DNA of 64,000 bases from Myxococcota bacterium (GCA_963169045.1 CAUJDF010000105.1:9086-73085); one strand, 5' to 3'; shown: positions 9,635-23,763, counted from the stretch's first letter. The notes: generated by a model from the sequence alone, not told the origin. Translations and numbers: made by a program.

Positions 9635-11338
9635 ATGAAGGCGTTCGTCAGCTACGTCATGGCGCTGCGTGGCGAGCGCGAGCTTCGCCGGAACATGCGC
9701 GGCCTGCTCAAGCTGCTCCTGCTGTTGACGGCGGTCGTCGCCGTCTACTCGGTGCTCTTCCACGTGATCATGTTGCGCGCCGAGGGGCGCGAGCACTCGT
9801 GGATCACCGGCATCTACTGGACGCTCACCGTGATGAGCACGCTCGGGTTCGGCGACATCACCTTTCAGTCGGACATCGGGCGGCTCTTCAGCATCGTCGT
9901 GCTCGTCTCGGGCGTGGTGCTGCTGCTCATCGTGCTGCCGTTCGCGTTCATCCGGCTCGTGTACGCGCCGTGGCTCGAGGCGCAGCTCCGCCTGCGCGCG
10001 CCCGGGAACGTGCCACCCGGCACGTCGGGTCACGTGGTGCTCTGCGAGCGGGACGCGCTCGCCGAGGGGCTCCTGCGCCAGCTGCGGCGCCTCGGCATCC
10101 CCTGCTTCGTGCTCGAGCGGGACCGGCGGCAGGCGGCCCTGCTCCACGGCGAGGGCGTGCCGGTGATCGCGGGCGATCCCGAGTCCGAGGCGACGTGGAG
10201 CGGGCTCGCCGTCCGCGACGCGCGCTGCGTCGTGGCGAACCTCGACGACGCGCCGAACACCAACGTCACGCTCACCGTGCGCGAGGTCGCCCCCGACGTC
10301 CCGGTGATCGCCGTCGTCGAGAGCGAGGACTCGCTCGACATCCTGGAGCTGAGCGGCGCGGCGCCGGTCTTCGCGCTCAAGCACCAGCTCGGCGCCCAGC
10401 TCGCCCACCGCGCCAGCGCCGGGCACGTGCGCACCCACGTCGTCGGCCGCTTCCGCGACCTGCTCATCGCCGAGCTGCCCGTCCACGGAACGCCCCTCGC
10501 CGGGCGCACCGTGCGCGAGACGGCCCTGCGGGAGCTCACCGGCGCCAGCGTCGTCGCCTACTGGGAGCGGGGCCGCCTGCTGCCCGCGCACGCGGACACC
10601 GTGCTCTCGGAGCACGCCGTCGCGGTCGTGATCGGCACGCCCGACCAGGTCGAGTACCTCGACGCGATGTTCGTGATCTACGCGCCGAACGAGAACCCGG
10701 TGCTGATCATCGGCGGCGGCCGCGTCGGCCAGGCGGCGGCGCGCGCGCTCAAGGCGCAGGGGGTTCCGGTACACCTCGTCGAGCGCGACGCGCAGGCGCG
10801 CGCCGAGTGCGCCGCCCACTGCGACCGCATCTTCGCCGGCGACGCCGCCGACCGGGCGACGCTCATGGCGGCCGGCCTCGATCGCGCGCCGTCCGTCCTG
10901 CTGACGACGAACGACGACGCGACGAACATCTACCTCGCCATCTACTGCCGCCGGCTCAACCCGGACCTGCGCATCGTCAGCCGCATCACCCACGAGCGGA
11001 ACCTCGAGGCCATCCACCGGGCCGGCGCCGACGTCGTGCTGAGCTACACGTCGCTCGGCGTGCGCCTCATCGTGTCGCACCTGCTCGGCCGCGAGCTGAT
11101 CGTGCTCGGCGAGGGGGCCGATCTCTTCCTCGCGCGCGTGCCGCCCACGCTGCAGGGCCGCACGCTGCGCGAGAGCGCGATTGGGGCGCGCACGGGGCTG
11201 AACGTGGTGGCCATCCAGACGCCGGACGGCGCGATGACCTCGAACCCGGCGGGCGACGCACGGCTGCCTGAAGACGCGGAGCTCGTGATGCTGGGGACGG
11301 CGGAGCAGCGAGCGGCGTTCGCGAAGCTCTATCGCTGA
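9635..11338 (+). CDS. 2-TM K+ channel (MthK/Kch-like) with two C-terminal RCK domains.
   Basis: The selectivity filter is TVMSTLGFGDI. Two GxGxxG Rossmann-like RCK domains are present (GGGRVGQAAARAL, among others). Confidence 0.85.
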   Translation: MKAFVSYVMALRGERELRRNMRGLLKLLLLLTAVVAVYSVLFHVIMLRAEGREHSWITGIYWTLTVMSTLGFGDITFQSDIGRLFSIVVLVSGVVLLLIVLPFAFIRLVYAPWLEAQLRLRAPGNVPPGTSGHVVLCERDALAEGLLRQLRRLGIPCFVLERDRRQAALLHGEGVPVIAGDPESEATWSGLAVRDARCVVANLDDAPNTNVTLTVREVAPDVPVIAVVESEDSLDILELSGAAPVFALKHQLGAQLAHRASAGHVRTHVVGRFRDLLIAELPVHGTPLAGRTVRETALRELTGASVVAYWERGRLLPAHADTVLSEHAVAVVIGTPDQVEYLDAMFVIYAPNENPVLIIGGGRVGQAAARALKAQGVPVHLVERDAQARAECAAHCDRIFAGDAADRATLMAAGLDRAPSVLLTTNDDATNIYLAIYCRRLNPDLRIVSRITHERNLEAIHRAGADVVLSYTSLGVRLIVSHLLGRELIVLGEGADLFLARVPPTLQGRTLRESAIGARTGLNVVAIQTPDGAMTSNPAGDARLPEDAELVMLGTAEQRAAFAKLYR

Positions 11339-11419
11339 CGTTCGCCGGCGCCGGTCTTCGGTCCGGCAGGCGCGACAACGCAACCGCGCGCCGCGCCCGG
11401 GCGGCGCCCCTCGGCGGGG

Positions 11420-11965
11420 TCAGTCGAGGGCGACCTCGCCGGCGGCGTCGTACACCGCGATCGACGCCGATGCGGGGATGGCGGCGCGGTCCGAGAGGAT
11501 GGCGAACTGCACGCCGATGGCGTCGCCCGGCGGCTCGGGTTGCGGGTTGAAGCCGCGGATGGAGCCGGGGTCGACGAAGCCGCCGAACGACGCCACGTCG
11601 ACCACGATCAGGTACGAGCGGCCGTCGGACGCGGTGGCGGTGAAGCGCAGCTCGGTGATGTCGGCGGCGTCGCGCGGCGCCCGGAAGGCGATGCGGTAGG
11701 CGCCGGTGGCGTCCTTCATGCCGATCGTCAGGCCGAAGACGTTGCCGCGACGGGCGACGGTCGCGAGGACGGGACGGCCCTCCTCGATGCGGACCTGGCC
11801 GTCGATGCCGGGCGGGTCGGGCTGCGGGTTGAAGCCGACGACGAGCGCCGGGTGGACGAAACGCGAGCCCGCGGCGACCGCCGGGGCGCGGAAGGTGTGG
11901 GTGTCGGCGAAGGCGGCGGCGCTCTGGAGCAGGACGAGCGCGGCGGCGAGACCGGTGCGGAACAT
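11420..11965 (-). CDS. Secreted hypothetical protein (181 aa) with a duplicated GFNPQP[DE]PPG motif.
   Basis: Signal peptide MFRTGLAAALVLLQSAAAFA. A perfect SD (AAGGAGG) precedes it. It lies 247 bp downstream of the giant PPC lipoprotein on the same strand. Confidence 0.75.
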   Translation of the reverse strand: MFRTGLAAALVLLQSAAAFADTHTFRAPAVAAGSRFVHPALVVGFNPQPDPPGIDGQVRIEEGRPVLATVARRGNVFGLTIGMKDATGAYRIAFRAPRDAADITELRFTATASDGRSYLIVVDVASFGGFVDPGSIRGFNPQPEPPGDAIGVQFAILSDRAAIPASASIAVYDAAGEVALD

Positions 11966-12212
11966 GGGCGACCTCCTTGCGAGTGCAGGCCCAACGCTAG
12001 GGCGGCCTCGGCGAGCGCGCAGTCCCCGGAACGGGGGGGCGAGCCGCTCCTGTCCGCCCCGCGACGACGAGCCCCCGCGCCGCGCGCTGACGACCGAGCG
12101 TTTGATCGGGACGGACGGTCCGAGGACGGTGCGCGAGCTCGTCGTCACGCCGCGCGCCGGCGGCGGCACACGCATCGAGGGGATGCAGCGGTCCGTGTCG
12201 GGCGCCGGGCGC

Positions 12213-15200
12213 TCACTCCGCCCGGTTGATGGCCAGCGTGTAGCGCCGGCTTGCGCCGTAGCGGTCGTTGAACGTGCCGGCGCGCACGAAGTAGGTGCCG
12301 TCGGCGGGCGCGACCCACTCGATGAGGCTCGACGCGTCGCCGGGCGCACGATCGTCGTTGAAGTCGAGCGCCGTGGCGCCGTCGACGTCGAGCAGGGTGA
12401 GCGTCGAGTCGTCGCTGCCGGCGAGGTCCCGCGTCTCGATGACGTAGGTCTCGCCGGCGACGGCGTCGAACCGCACCCAGTCCTCGTCCTGGCAGTGACG
12501 CCGCGCCTGAGGCGCGCCGCCGACCTCGAACGGCCGCGCGTCGGCCGGCTCGTCGTCGTGCTCGAACTCGTCGTCCTGGCAGGTCGACCGCACGCCCACG
12601 GAGTAGCTCAGGTCGCCCGTCGCGCCGAGGAAGCTCGAGACGCGCACGTAGTAGATGCCCGCCGCCGGCGGCTGCCAGTTGGCGATGAGGCTCGCGAGGC
12701 CGTCGTCGCCGCCGTCGTCGTTGCTGGCCAGCTGGACGCCGTTCGCGTCGAACAACGTGAGGAGCGTGTCGGCGCCCGCGGACAGGTTGAACGTCTGCAC
12801 GTCGTACCGCGTCTGGCCGCCGGCGTTGAACCGGAACCAGTCCGCGCCGTCGTCGCAGAAATTCAGGCCGACGAAACGCCGGTTCACCTCGAGCGGCCGC
12901 GCGGCGTCGAGCGCGTCGTCCTCTTCGTTGGCGTCGGGCACGCAGGCGACGGGGGCCGGCTCGCATTCGCCCTCGACGCAGAGCTCGCCCTCGCCGCAGT
13001 CCTCGTCGGCGGCGCACGCCGGCGCGGCGACGCAGGCGCCCTCGACGCAGATCTCGCCCTCGCCACAGTCCTCGTCGCCGGCGCAGCCGACCGCGCAGGG
13101 CCCCGGCGTGACGTCGAGGACGTAGTCGCCCTCGCGCACGCCGCCGTCCGCCGGCGAGAAGCCGTCGACGAACACGAAGTAGACGATCCCGGGCTCGACC
13201 GACAGCGTCAGGGCCGACCGGAGCCCGCCCGCCGCGTCGTCGTCGTCGTTGCAGGCCGCCTCCGCCTCACGGCGGGCGCAGTCGGCGGCGCGGACGTAGA
13301 GCACGGTGTCGTAGGCGCTGCCCGCGAGGTTGAGGCAGATCTCGCCGCCCACGTCGAAGGCCATCGCGTACACGGCCTCGCCGCTCTGCGCGCCGCCGCC
13401 GCACGTGCCGCCGTGGACGCCGTCGCGGTCGGCGGTGGTGCCCTCGATCGCGCCGAAGGCCCCGATGAAGAAGGGCGCCTCGCACGTGCCGTCCGGCGCG
13501 GCGACGCACCGGCCCTCGGCGCAGACGTCGCCGGCGAGGCAGTCGTCGTCCGACTCGCAGCCGCAGCCTTCGACCTGCAGCTCGAGCGCGTAGGTGTTCT
13601 CGGCGTCGCGGAAGCCGTGCACGCGCACGTATAGCGGCCCGTCGACCGCCGCGCGCGCCCGGGCCTCCTCGAGGTCGCCCACGCCCGCCGAGCGGGCGAG
13701 CTCGGCGCCGGCGGCGTCGTGCAGCGCGAGGTCGAGGTCGCCGGTCGCGTGCGCGAAGATCGCGCGGGCGGTGAGCACGCCGCCGGCGCACACCTCGACG
13801 GCGAACCAGTCGTCGTCGCCGGCGCACACCGCCAGGCCCTCGGCGAGACCCGGCGCCGCCTCGGCGGCGGTCTCGAGCGTGTCGTTGTCCTCCGCGCCGT
13901 CGTCCTCGCAGGCGACGGGCGCGCAGCCGTCGACCGCCACGTTCAGGCCGTATGCGTTCTCCGCGCCGGCGAAGCCGTAGACGCGCACGAATACGACCGC
14001 GTCCGCCTCGGCGGCGTGCTCGACGCGCTCGTCGTCGTCCGAGGAGTCGGACGTGTCGAGCACGTCGCCGCCGGCGTCCAGCAGCTCGACGTCGAGGTCG
14101 CCGCCCGCGTGGGCGAACGTCACGTCGACCGCCACCGCGCCGCCCGCGCAGACGGCGACGGCGTACCAGTCCTCGTCGTCGGCGCACACGGCCAGGCCGC
14201 CGTACGCGCCGGGCGCGGCGGGGATCGCCGCTTCGAGCGCGTCGTTGTCCTCGGCGGCGTCGTCCTGGCAGACGGGCGCCGCGACGCAGGCGCCCTCGGC
14301 GCAGCGCTGCCCGGCGGGGCAGTCGTCGTCCGTCTCGCAGCCGCAGCCCGCGAGCTCGACCTCGAGCGCGTAGGTGTTCTCGGCGTCCTGGTAGCCGAAG
14401 ACGGCGATGTTCACCGTGCCCGCAGCCGGGGCGGCGTAGCGCGCCTCCTCGACGTCGCCGACGCCCCGCGACGCCGCGAGCTCCTCGCCCGCCGCATCGA
14501 CGAGCGCGAGGTCGACGTCGCCGTCGGCGTGCCGGAAGCGCGTGCGCACCGTGAGGACGCCGCCGGCGCAGACGTCCACCGCGTACCAGTCCTGGTCGCC
14601 GGCGCACACCGCCAGGCCGTCGCCGCGCCCCGGCACGATCGGCGTCGCCGTGTCCGGCCCGTCGTTGTCCTCGAGCGCGTCGTCGGCGCAGAAATCGGCG
14701 TCGCAGCCGTCCACCGCCACGTTGAGCGCGTAGGCGTTCTCGGCGCCGCCGAAGCCGTACACGGCGAGGGAGAGCCGCTGCGCCGCCGCGCTCGCGTAGA
14801 CGAGCCGCTCGCCGTCGTCCGCCGTCTCCGCCCGGACGAGCGGCGTCCCATCCCCGCCGAACAGCACCGCGTCGACGTCGCCGGCCGCGTGGGTGAAGGC
14901 CACGTCCACCGTGACCGTGCCGCCGGCGCAGACCTCGACCCCATACCAGTCGAGGTCGCCGGCGCAGACCTGCAGCCCCGCGTATGCGCCCGGCGCCAGC
15001 GCCCGCGCCGCCGCCGGATCGTCGTTCTCCTCGAGCGCGTCGTCCTCGCAGACCGGCCGGTCCACGCACGCGCCCTCGGCGCACACCTGGCCCGCCGGGC
15101 AGTCGCGGTCGTCGACGCAGCCGCAGCCGTCGAGCGTGATCTCGAGGTCATAGTCGTTCTGCGCGCCCTGGTAGCCATAGACGCGCACGTATGCCGTCGC

Positions 15201-18200
15201 CGCGGCCTCGGCGGAGACGCGGAGCGCCTCCTCGTCGCCGACGCCCTGCGAGATGTCGACCCGCGTCCCGTCGGCGTCGTGGATCGAGAGATCCAGGTCG
15301 CCGTCGGCGTGGGTGAACCTCGTCCGCACCGTGAGCACGCCGCCGGCGCACACGTCGACCGCGTACCAGTCGTCGTCCGCGCTGCAGATGGCGCGGCCCC
15401 GGTAGACGCCCGCCGGCACCGCCGCGGCGTTTTCGAGCGCGTCGTTCTCCTCGAGGTCGTCGTCGACGCAGACCGGCCCCTCGCAGCCTTCCACGGTCAC
15501 GTTCAGGTCGTAGGCGTTGACGGCCCCGCCGAAGCCGTACACGGCGAGGTACACGCGCTCGTCGGCGTCGGACGCGCGCTCGAGGCGCTCGGCGTCCGCG
15601 ACGGTGGCCGAGCGCACGAGGACGGTGCCGTCCGCCGCCAGCAGCGCCGCGTCGACGTCGCCGTCGGCGTGGGTGAAGGTCACGTCCACGGCGAGCGTGC
15701 CGCCCGCGCAGACATCGACCGCGAACAGGTCGAGGTCGCCGCTGCACACCTGGAGCCCCGGGTACGCGCCCGGGACGAGGTCGGCGGCGGTCTCGAGGAG
15801 GTCGTTGTCCTCGAACGCGTCGTCGACGCAGGCCGGCGGCGCGACGCACGCGCCGTCGGCGCAGATCTGGCCGGCCGGACAGTCGGCGTCCTCGGCGCAG
15901 CCGCAGCCGTCGAGCGCGATCTCGAGGTCGTACGCGTTCTCGGCGCCCCCGAAGCCGTAGACGCGCACGAGGACGGTGCCCGCGCCCTCGGCCTGGTGGC
16001 GCAGGCGCTCCTCGTCGCTCGTCGAGGCCGAGGTCATCAGCACCGCGCCCTCGGCGTCGACGAGCTGCACGTCGACGTCGCCCAGGTCGTGCTCGAAGCG
16101 GACGGTCGTCGTGAGCACGCCGCCGGCGCAGACGTCGACCGCGTACCAGTCCTCGTCGCCCGCGCAGATCGCCAGGCCGGCGGCCGCGCCGGGAAGCACC
16201 GGCAGCGCGGCGTCGATCGTGTCGTTGTCCTCGCCGAGGTCGTCGACGCAGACCGGGCCGGCGTCGCAGCCGTCGACCACCACGCCGAGGTCGTAGGCGC
16301 CCTCCGCGCCGCGGAAGCCGTACACGCGCACCCAGAGGCGGCGCGCCGACTGCGCCGCGAGCTCGACGCGCTCCTCGTCGCCGACGCCCTGCGAGCGGGC
16401 CAGCACCGCTCCGTCGTCGCCGTGCAGCGCCAGGTCGAGGTCGCCGTCGGCGTGCGTGAAGGCCAGCCCGACGGACAGCGTGCCGCCGGCGCAGACGTCG
16501 ACGACGTACCAGTCGTCGTCGCCCGCGCACACCTGCAGGCCCGCCACGTCGCCGGGCTCCGCCGGCGTGGCCGCTCCCGCCGCGTCGTTGTCTTCGAGCC
16601 CGTCGTCGACGCACGGCTCGGGGGCGACACACGCGCCCTCGACGCAGGCCTGGCCCGCCGGGCAGTCGCCGTCGACCTCGCAGCCGCAGTCGGCGACCTC
16701 GATCGCCAGCGAGTAGGTGTTGCCCAGGTCGCCGAAGCCGTACACGCGGACGAAGAGCTCGGCCTCGCCCTCCACCGGGATCTCGAGGGCCTCGACGTCC
16801 TCGAGCGAGTCGGAGGTGCCGAGCGCGTTGCCCTCCGCGTCGAACACCTGCAGGTCGATGTCGCCGTCGGCGTGCGCGAAGGCCGCCGTCACGCGCAGCG
16901 TGCCTCCGGCGCAGGCGCGCACGGCGTACCAGTCCTCGTCCGCCGGGCACAGCACGCGGTCCTCGAAGAGCGCGTCGCCGCCCACGGGGGTCGCCGTGGC
17001 CGGCGTGTCGTCGGCCTCGTGGTCGTCCTCGACGCAGACCGGCTCGTCGACGCAGCCCTCGATCGCGACGTCGAGGCCGTAGGTGGTGCCGGCGCCGCCG
17101 AAGCCGTACACCACGACGAAGACCTCCTCGGCCGCCACCGCGGTGTGCGCGAGGTGCTCGCCGTCGTCGGTGCCCTCGCTGGTCGCGAGCTCGCCGCCGC
17201 GCGCGTCGAGGAGCGCGGCGTCCAGGTCGCCGTCGGCGTGGGTGAAGCGGACGTCCACCGTCAGCGTGCCGCCGGCGCAGAGCGCCACGCGGAAGCCGTC
17301 CACGTCGCCGGCGCAGATGCGCAGGTCGTCGATCGAGCCCGCCTCGAGGGGGGTGGCCGAGCCGGCGTCGTCGTTGTCCTCGAAGGCGTCGTCCTCGCAG
17401 GCCGGCACGTCGACGACGCAGGCGCCGTCGACGCAGACCTCGCCCGCGGCGCAGTCGAGGTCCTCGGCGCACGGCGCGACGCAGCCGTCGACGTCCACGT
17501 CGATCGCATAGGCGTTGTGCGCCCCCCGGAAGCCGTACACCCGCAGGAGGACGGTCTCGGGGCCCGCCGGCGCGTAGGACACCTGCTCGCCGTCCTGCGA
17601 CGAGTTGCTCGTGTCGAGCGTGTCGCCCGCGGCGTCGAGCAGCTCGACGTCGAGGTCGCCGTCGTCGTGCTCGAAGGCCAGGGCGACGGTCAGCGTGCCG
17701 CCGGCGCAGACGTCGATGGCGAACCAGTCCTCGTCGTCGGCGCAGACCTGCAGGTCGTCGCGCGCGCCGGTTCCGAGGGGCGCGGCGCCGCCGGCCGCAT
17801 CGTTGTCCTCGAAGGCGTCGTCGAGGCAGCCGACGGGCTCGCAGGCGCCGGCGACGCAGACCTCGCCGGCGTCGCAGTCCGCATCCTCGACGCAGGCCGG
17901 GGCGCCCTCGCAGGCGCCGGCGACGCAGACCTCGCCGGCGGCGCAGTCGGCGTCGTCGAGGCAGCCGACGGGCTCGCAGACGCCGGCGACGCAGACCTCG
18001 CCGGCGGCGCAGTCGGCGTCCTCGACGCAGGCCGGGGCGCCCTCGCAGGCGCCCGCGACGCAGCGCTCGCCGGCGGCGCAGTCCGCATCCTCGACGCAGG
18101 CCGGGGCGTCCTCGCAGGCGCCCGCGACGCAGCGCTCGCCGGCGGCGCAGTCCGCATCCTCGACGCAGGCCGGCTCGGCCACGCACGCGGAGTCCACGCA

Positions 18201-18842
18201 GCGCTCGTCGGCAGCGCAGTCCTCGTCGCCCGCGCAGCAACCCGCCGGCAGCTCGGCGTCGCACACGGTGCGCGTGCCGCTCTGGTCGCACGCGGTGGTG
18301 CCCTGCGCGGCGCACGCGCCCTCGCCGCGCGTGCACGGCTCGCCGAGGCCGAGGAACTCCTCGTCCGTCGACCCGTCGCAGTCGTCGTCGAGGCCGTTGC
18401 ACTCCTCGGCCGGCGCGGCGCACGGGCCAAAGGCCCCCCCGGCGCAGGTCTGCACCGAGCCCGGGCATGCGGCCTCTTCCCCGGGGCACGGCCGCGTCTG
18501 TCCGTCCTCGCAGTCGGCGCCCTGGTCGGGGTCGATCGCACCGTCGCGCGCCCCGCCGTCAGGCGGGCTCGCGTCGCCGCGCGCCGCGTCGGGACCGCCG
18601 CCGCCGTCGCGCGCCCCGCCGTCGGGCGGGCTCGCGTCGCCGCGCGCCGCGTCGGGACCGCCCCCGCCGTCGCCCGGACGCGCATCATCGCCGGGCGTGC
18701 TCGCGTCGCGCACCGGACCGACGCCACCGTCGTCGTCCCCGCCGCCGCTCGCCGCCGTGCCGCCGTCGGCGCACGCCGCGAGCGCTGACGCGAGCGTCAG
18801 CGCCCACCAGGCGCGGCGTCCCTTCACACTGCCGTTCGTCAT
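12213..18842 (-). CDS. Giant lipoprotein (2209 aa) with about 12 tandem pre-peptidase C-terminal (PPC) domains. They are separated by Cys-rich CVEDADCAAGE[RV]CVAGACE linkers, and an N-terminal Myxo Cys-rich repeat is also present.
   Basis: MTNGSVKGRRAWWALTLASALAAC has a lipobox. The repeated unit is DDAFEDND...ICAGDEDWYAVDVCAGGTLTV..FTHADGDLDL.L.DA.G..L..S....DEE.L...A......YVRVYGFGGA.N.YDL.V..DGC. DNA-level tandem repeats of about 450 bp run across 12.7-18.0 kb. Confidence 0.85.
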   Translation of the reverse strand: MTNGSVKGRRAWWALTLASALAACADGGTAASGGGDDDGGVGPVRDASTPGDDARPGDGGGGPDAARGDASPPDGGARDGGGGPDAARGDASPPDGGARDGAIDPDQGADCEDGQTRPCPGEEAACPGSVQTCAGGAFGPCAAPAEECNGLDDDCDGSTDEEFLGLGEPCTRGEGACAAQGTTACDQSGTRTVCDAELPAGCCAGDEDCAADERCVDSACVAEPACVEDADCAAGERCVAGACEDAPACVEDADCAAGERCVAGACEGAPACVEDADCAAGEVCVAGVCEPVGCLDDADCAAGEVCVAGACEGAPACVEDADCDAGEVCVAGACEPVGCLDDAFEDNDAAGGAAPLGTGARDDLQVCADDEDWFAIDVCAGGTLTVALAFEHDDGDLDVELLDAAGDTLDTSNSSQDGEQVSYAPAGPETVLLRVYGFRGAHNAYAIDVDVDGCVAPCAEDLDCAAGEVCVDGACVVDVPACEDDAFEDNDDAGSATPLEAGSIDDLRICAGDVDGFRVALCAGGTLTVDVRFTHADGDLDAALLDARGGELATSEGTDDGEHLAHTAVAAEEVFVVVYGFGGAGTTYGLDVAIEGCVDEPVCVEDDHEADDTPATATPVGGDALFEDRVLCPADEDWYAVRACAGGTLRVTAAFAHADGDIDLQVFDAEGNALGTSDSLEDVEALEIPVEGEAELFVRVYGFGDLGNTYSLAIEVADCGCEVDGDCPAGQACVEGACVAPEPCVDDGLEDNDAAGAATPAEPGDVAGLQVCAGDDDWYVVDVCAGGTLSVGLAFTHADGDLDLALHGDDGAVLARSQGVGDEERVELAAQSARRLWVRVYGFRGAEGAYDLGVVVDGCDAGPVCVDDLGEDNDTIDAALPVLPGAAAGLAICAGDEDWYAVDVCAGGVLTTTVRFEHDLGDVDVQLVDAEGAVLMTSASTSDEERLRHQAEGAGTVLVRVYGFGGAENAYDLEIALDGCGCAEDADCPAGQICADGACVAPPACVDDAFEDNDLLETAADLVPGAYPGLQVCSGDLDLFAVDVCAGGTLAVDVTFTHADGDVDAALLAADGTVLVRSATVADAERLERASDADERVYLAVYGFGGAVNAYDLNVTVEGCEGPVCVDDDLEENDALENAAAVPAGVYRGRAICSADDDWYAVDVCAGGVLTVRTRFTHADGDLDLSIHDADGTRVDISQGVGDEEALRVSAEAAATAYVRVYGYQGAQNDYDLEITLDGCGCVDDRDCPAGQVCAEGACVDRPVCEDDALEENDDPAAARALAPGAYAGLQVCAGDLDWYGVEVCAGGTVTVDVAFTHAAGDVDAVLFGGDGTPLVRAETADDGERLVYASAAAQRLSLAVYGFGGAENAYALNVAVDGCDADFCADDALEDNDGPDTATPIVPGRGDGLAVCAGDQDWYAVDVCAGGVLTVRTRFRHADGDVDLALVDAAGEELAASRGVGDVEEARYAAPAAGTVNIAVFGYQDAENTYALEVELAGCGCETDDDCPAGQRCAEGACVAAPVCQDDAAEDNDALEAAIPAAPGAYGGLAVCADDEDWYAVAVCAGGAVAVDVTFAHAGGDLDVELLDAGGDVLDTSDSSDDDERVEHAAEADAVVFVRVYGFAGAENAYGLNVAVDGCAPVACEDDGAEDNDTLETAAEAAPGLAEGLAVCAGDDDWFAVEVCAGGVLTARAIFAHATGDLDLALHDAAGAELARSAGVGDLEEARARAAVDGPLYVRVHGFRDAENTYALELQVEGCGCESDDDCLAGDVCAEGRCVAAPDGTCEAPFFIGAFGAIEGTTADRDGVHGGTCGGGAQSGEAVYAMAFDVGGEICLNLAGSAYDTVLYVRAADCARREAEAACNDDDDAAGGLRSALTLSVEPGIVYFVFVDGFSPADGGVREGDYVLDVTPGPCAVGCAGDEDCGEGEICVEGACVAAPACAADEDCGEGELCVEGECEPAPVACVPDANEEDDALDAARPLEVNRRFVGLNFCDDGADWFRFNAGGQTRYDVQTFNLSAGADTLLTLFDANGVQLASNDDGGDDGLASLIANWQPPAAGIYYVRVSSFLGATGDLSYSVGVRSTCQDDEFEHDDEPADARPFEVGGAPQARRHCQDEDWVRFDAVAGETYVIETRDLAGSDDSTLTLLDVDGATALDFNDDRAPGDASSLIEWVAPADGTYFVRAGTFNDRYGASRRYTLAINRAE

Positions 18843-19102
18843 GGACCGCTCCCCCGAGAATCGCTGGTGTTCCGGTTTCGGCGCGCATCGGAAGCCCCGG
18901 GCCGCGAAAACATCAAGCGAAAAGCGACCGTCGCATCTGTATTCGACCGCGCTGCTCCGTCCGGGCGCCCCGGCGGTGCGGGCCGCGCCCCGCCGGCATC
19001 CCATCGCTCCGAAGCGCGCAGCCGGCGGCGCCGAGCGTGGGCCGGCGGGGGGTCAGGGAGACATCCCATGGGCGTCGGCGGCTCCCTCCTTGAAGCGCGC
19101 CG

Positions 19103-23002
<3,900 letters not shown>

Positions 23003-23093
23003 CGGGCGCAGTGTACCGCCAAGGTGGCGTTCGGTCGGCGCGCCGGTCCACGATGGGAGACCGGCGGAGGGCGACCCGCCGCCAGGGAGGCGC

Positions 23094-23684
23094 ATGAAGG
23101 CTCCGCACTACGGCCCCTTCGCCCCGGTCTTCGAGAGCGGCGAGCTCGACGTGCCCGGACACGTCTGCCTGCTGAACCTCGGCCACGAGTCGCACGCCCG
23201 GACGGTGATCGGGCGCGTGCGCGACGCGCTGGCCGCCGAGGAGCCGGGGCCATGGGTCGAGCGCATGCTCGGCCAGCCCAACTGGCGCCCGCACCTCGTC
23301 GCGGCGGTGGCGTACCTGGCGGACGACGCCCGCCGGCTGGCGATCGAGCCGCTGTGGCGGCGGCTCGAGGACGGCTCGTGGGTCAGCCCGCAGCTGGCGG
23401 TCGCCGCGTTCTTCGTGGATCCGGCGTTCCCGGAGCGCTTCCGGGCGCGGCCGCTCCCCGCGAACGCGAAGACGGTGGCGGCCCTCATCGGCGCCGCGTC
23501 GCTGGCAGACGAGCTGGCGGCGGAGGCCGCGCGGGCGCGCCACGAGCCGGAGATCGCGCCCCTGCTCGCGAAGGATGCCTCCTTTGACCGGAGCGATGAC
23601 ATCGTCCGGTCCTGGGCCGCCGCGATCGCCGCGCGCTTCGCCGAGCTCGGTCTGCCCCTGCAGCGGCGTTGGGCGGGGCCGTGA
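23094..23684 (+). CDS. Hypothetical cytoplasmic protein, 196 aa, divergent from the Topo III-RecQ gene.
   Basis: An ATG with SD GGGAGG 6 nt upstream, and GC3-rich codons. I recognise no domain. Confidence 0.55.
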   Translation: MKAPHYGPFAPVFESGELDVPGHVCLLNLGHESHARTVIGRVRDALAAEEPGPWVERMLGQPNWRPHLVAAVAYLADDARRLAIEPLWRRLEDGSWVSPQLAVAAFFVDPAFPERFRARPLPANAKTVAALIGAASLADELAAEAARARHEPEIAPLLAKDASFDRSDDIVRSWAAAIAARFAELGLPLQRRWAGP

Positions 23685-23763
23685 TCGCGAGGCATGAGCC
23701 GCGGCGCGCTTGACTCGCCGAAGAGCCATCGACTATGGAGCCTGAAGGCTGGCGAGGGTCGCG

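Noticed and set aside
15148-18489. 1113-aa minus-strand ORF in a different frame of the PPC gene
   Set aside because: It is poly-Arg/Gly and off-frame from the real gene on the same strand.
13719-18788. 1689-aa plus-strand ORF antisense to the PPC giant gene
   Set aside because: The translation is Arg/Ala/Gly/Val low-complexity with no domain. It is an exact antisense shadow of GC3-rich repeat codons.
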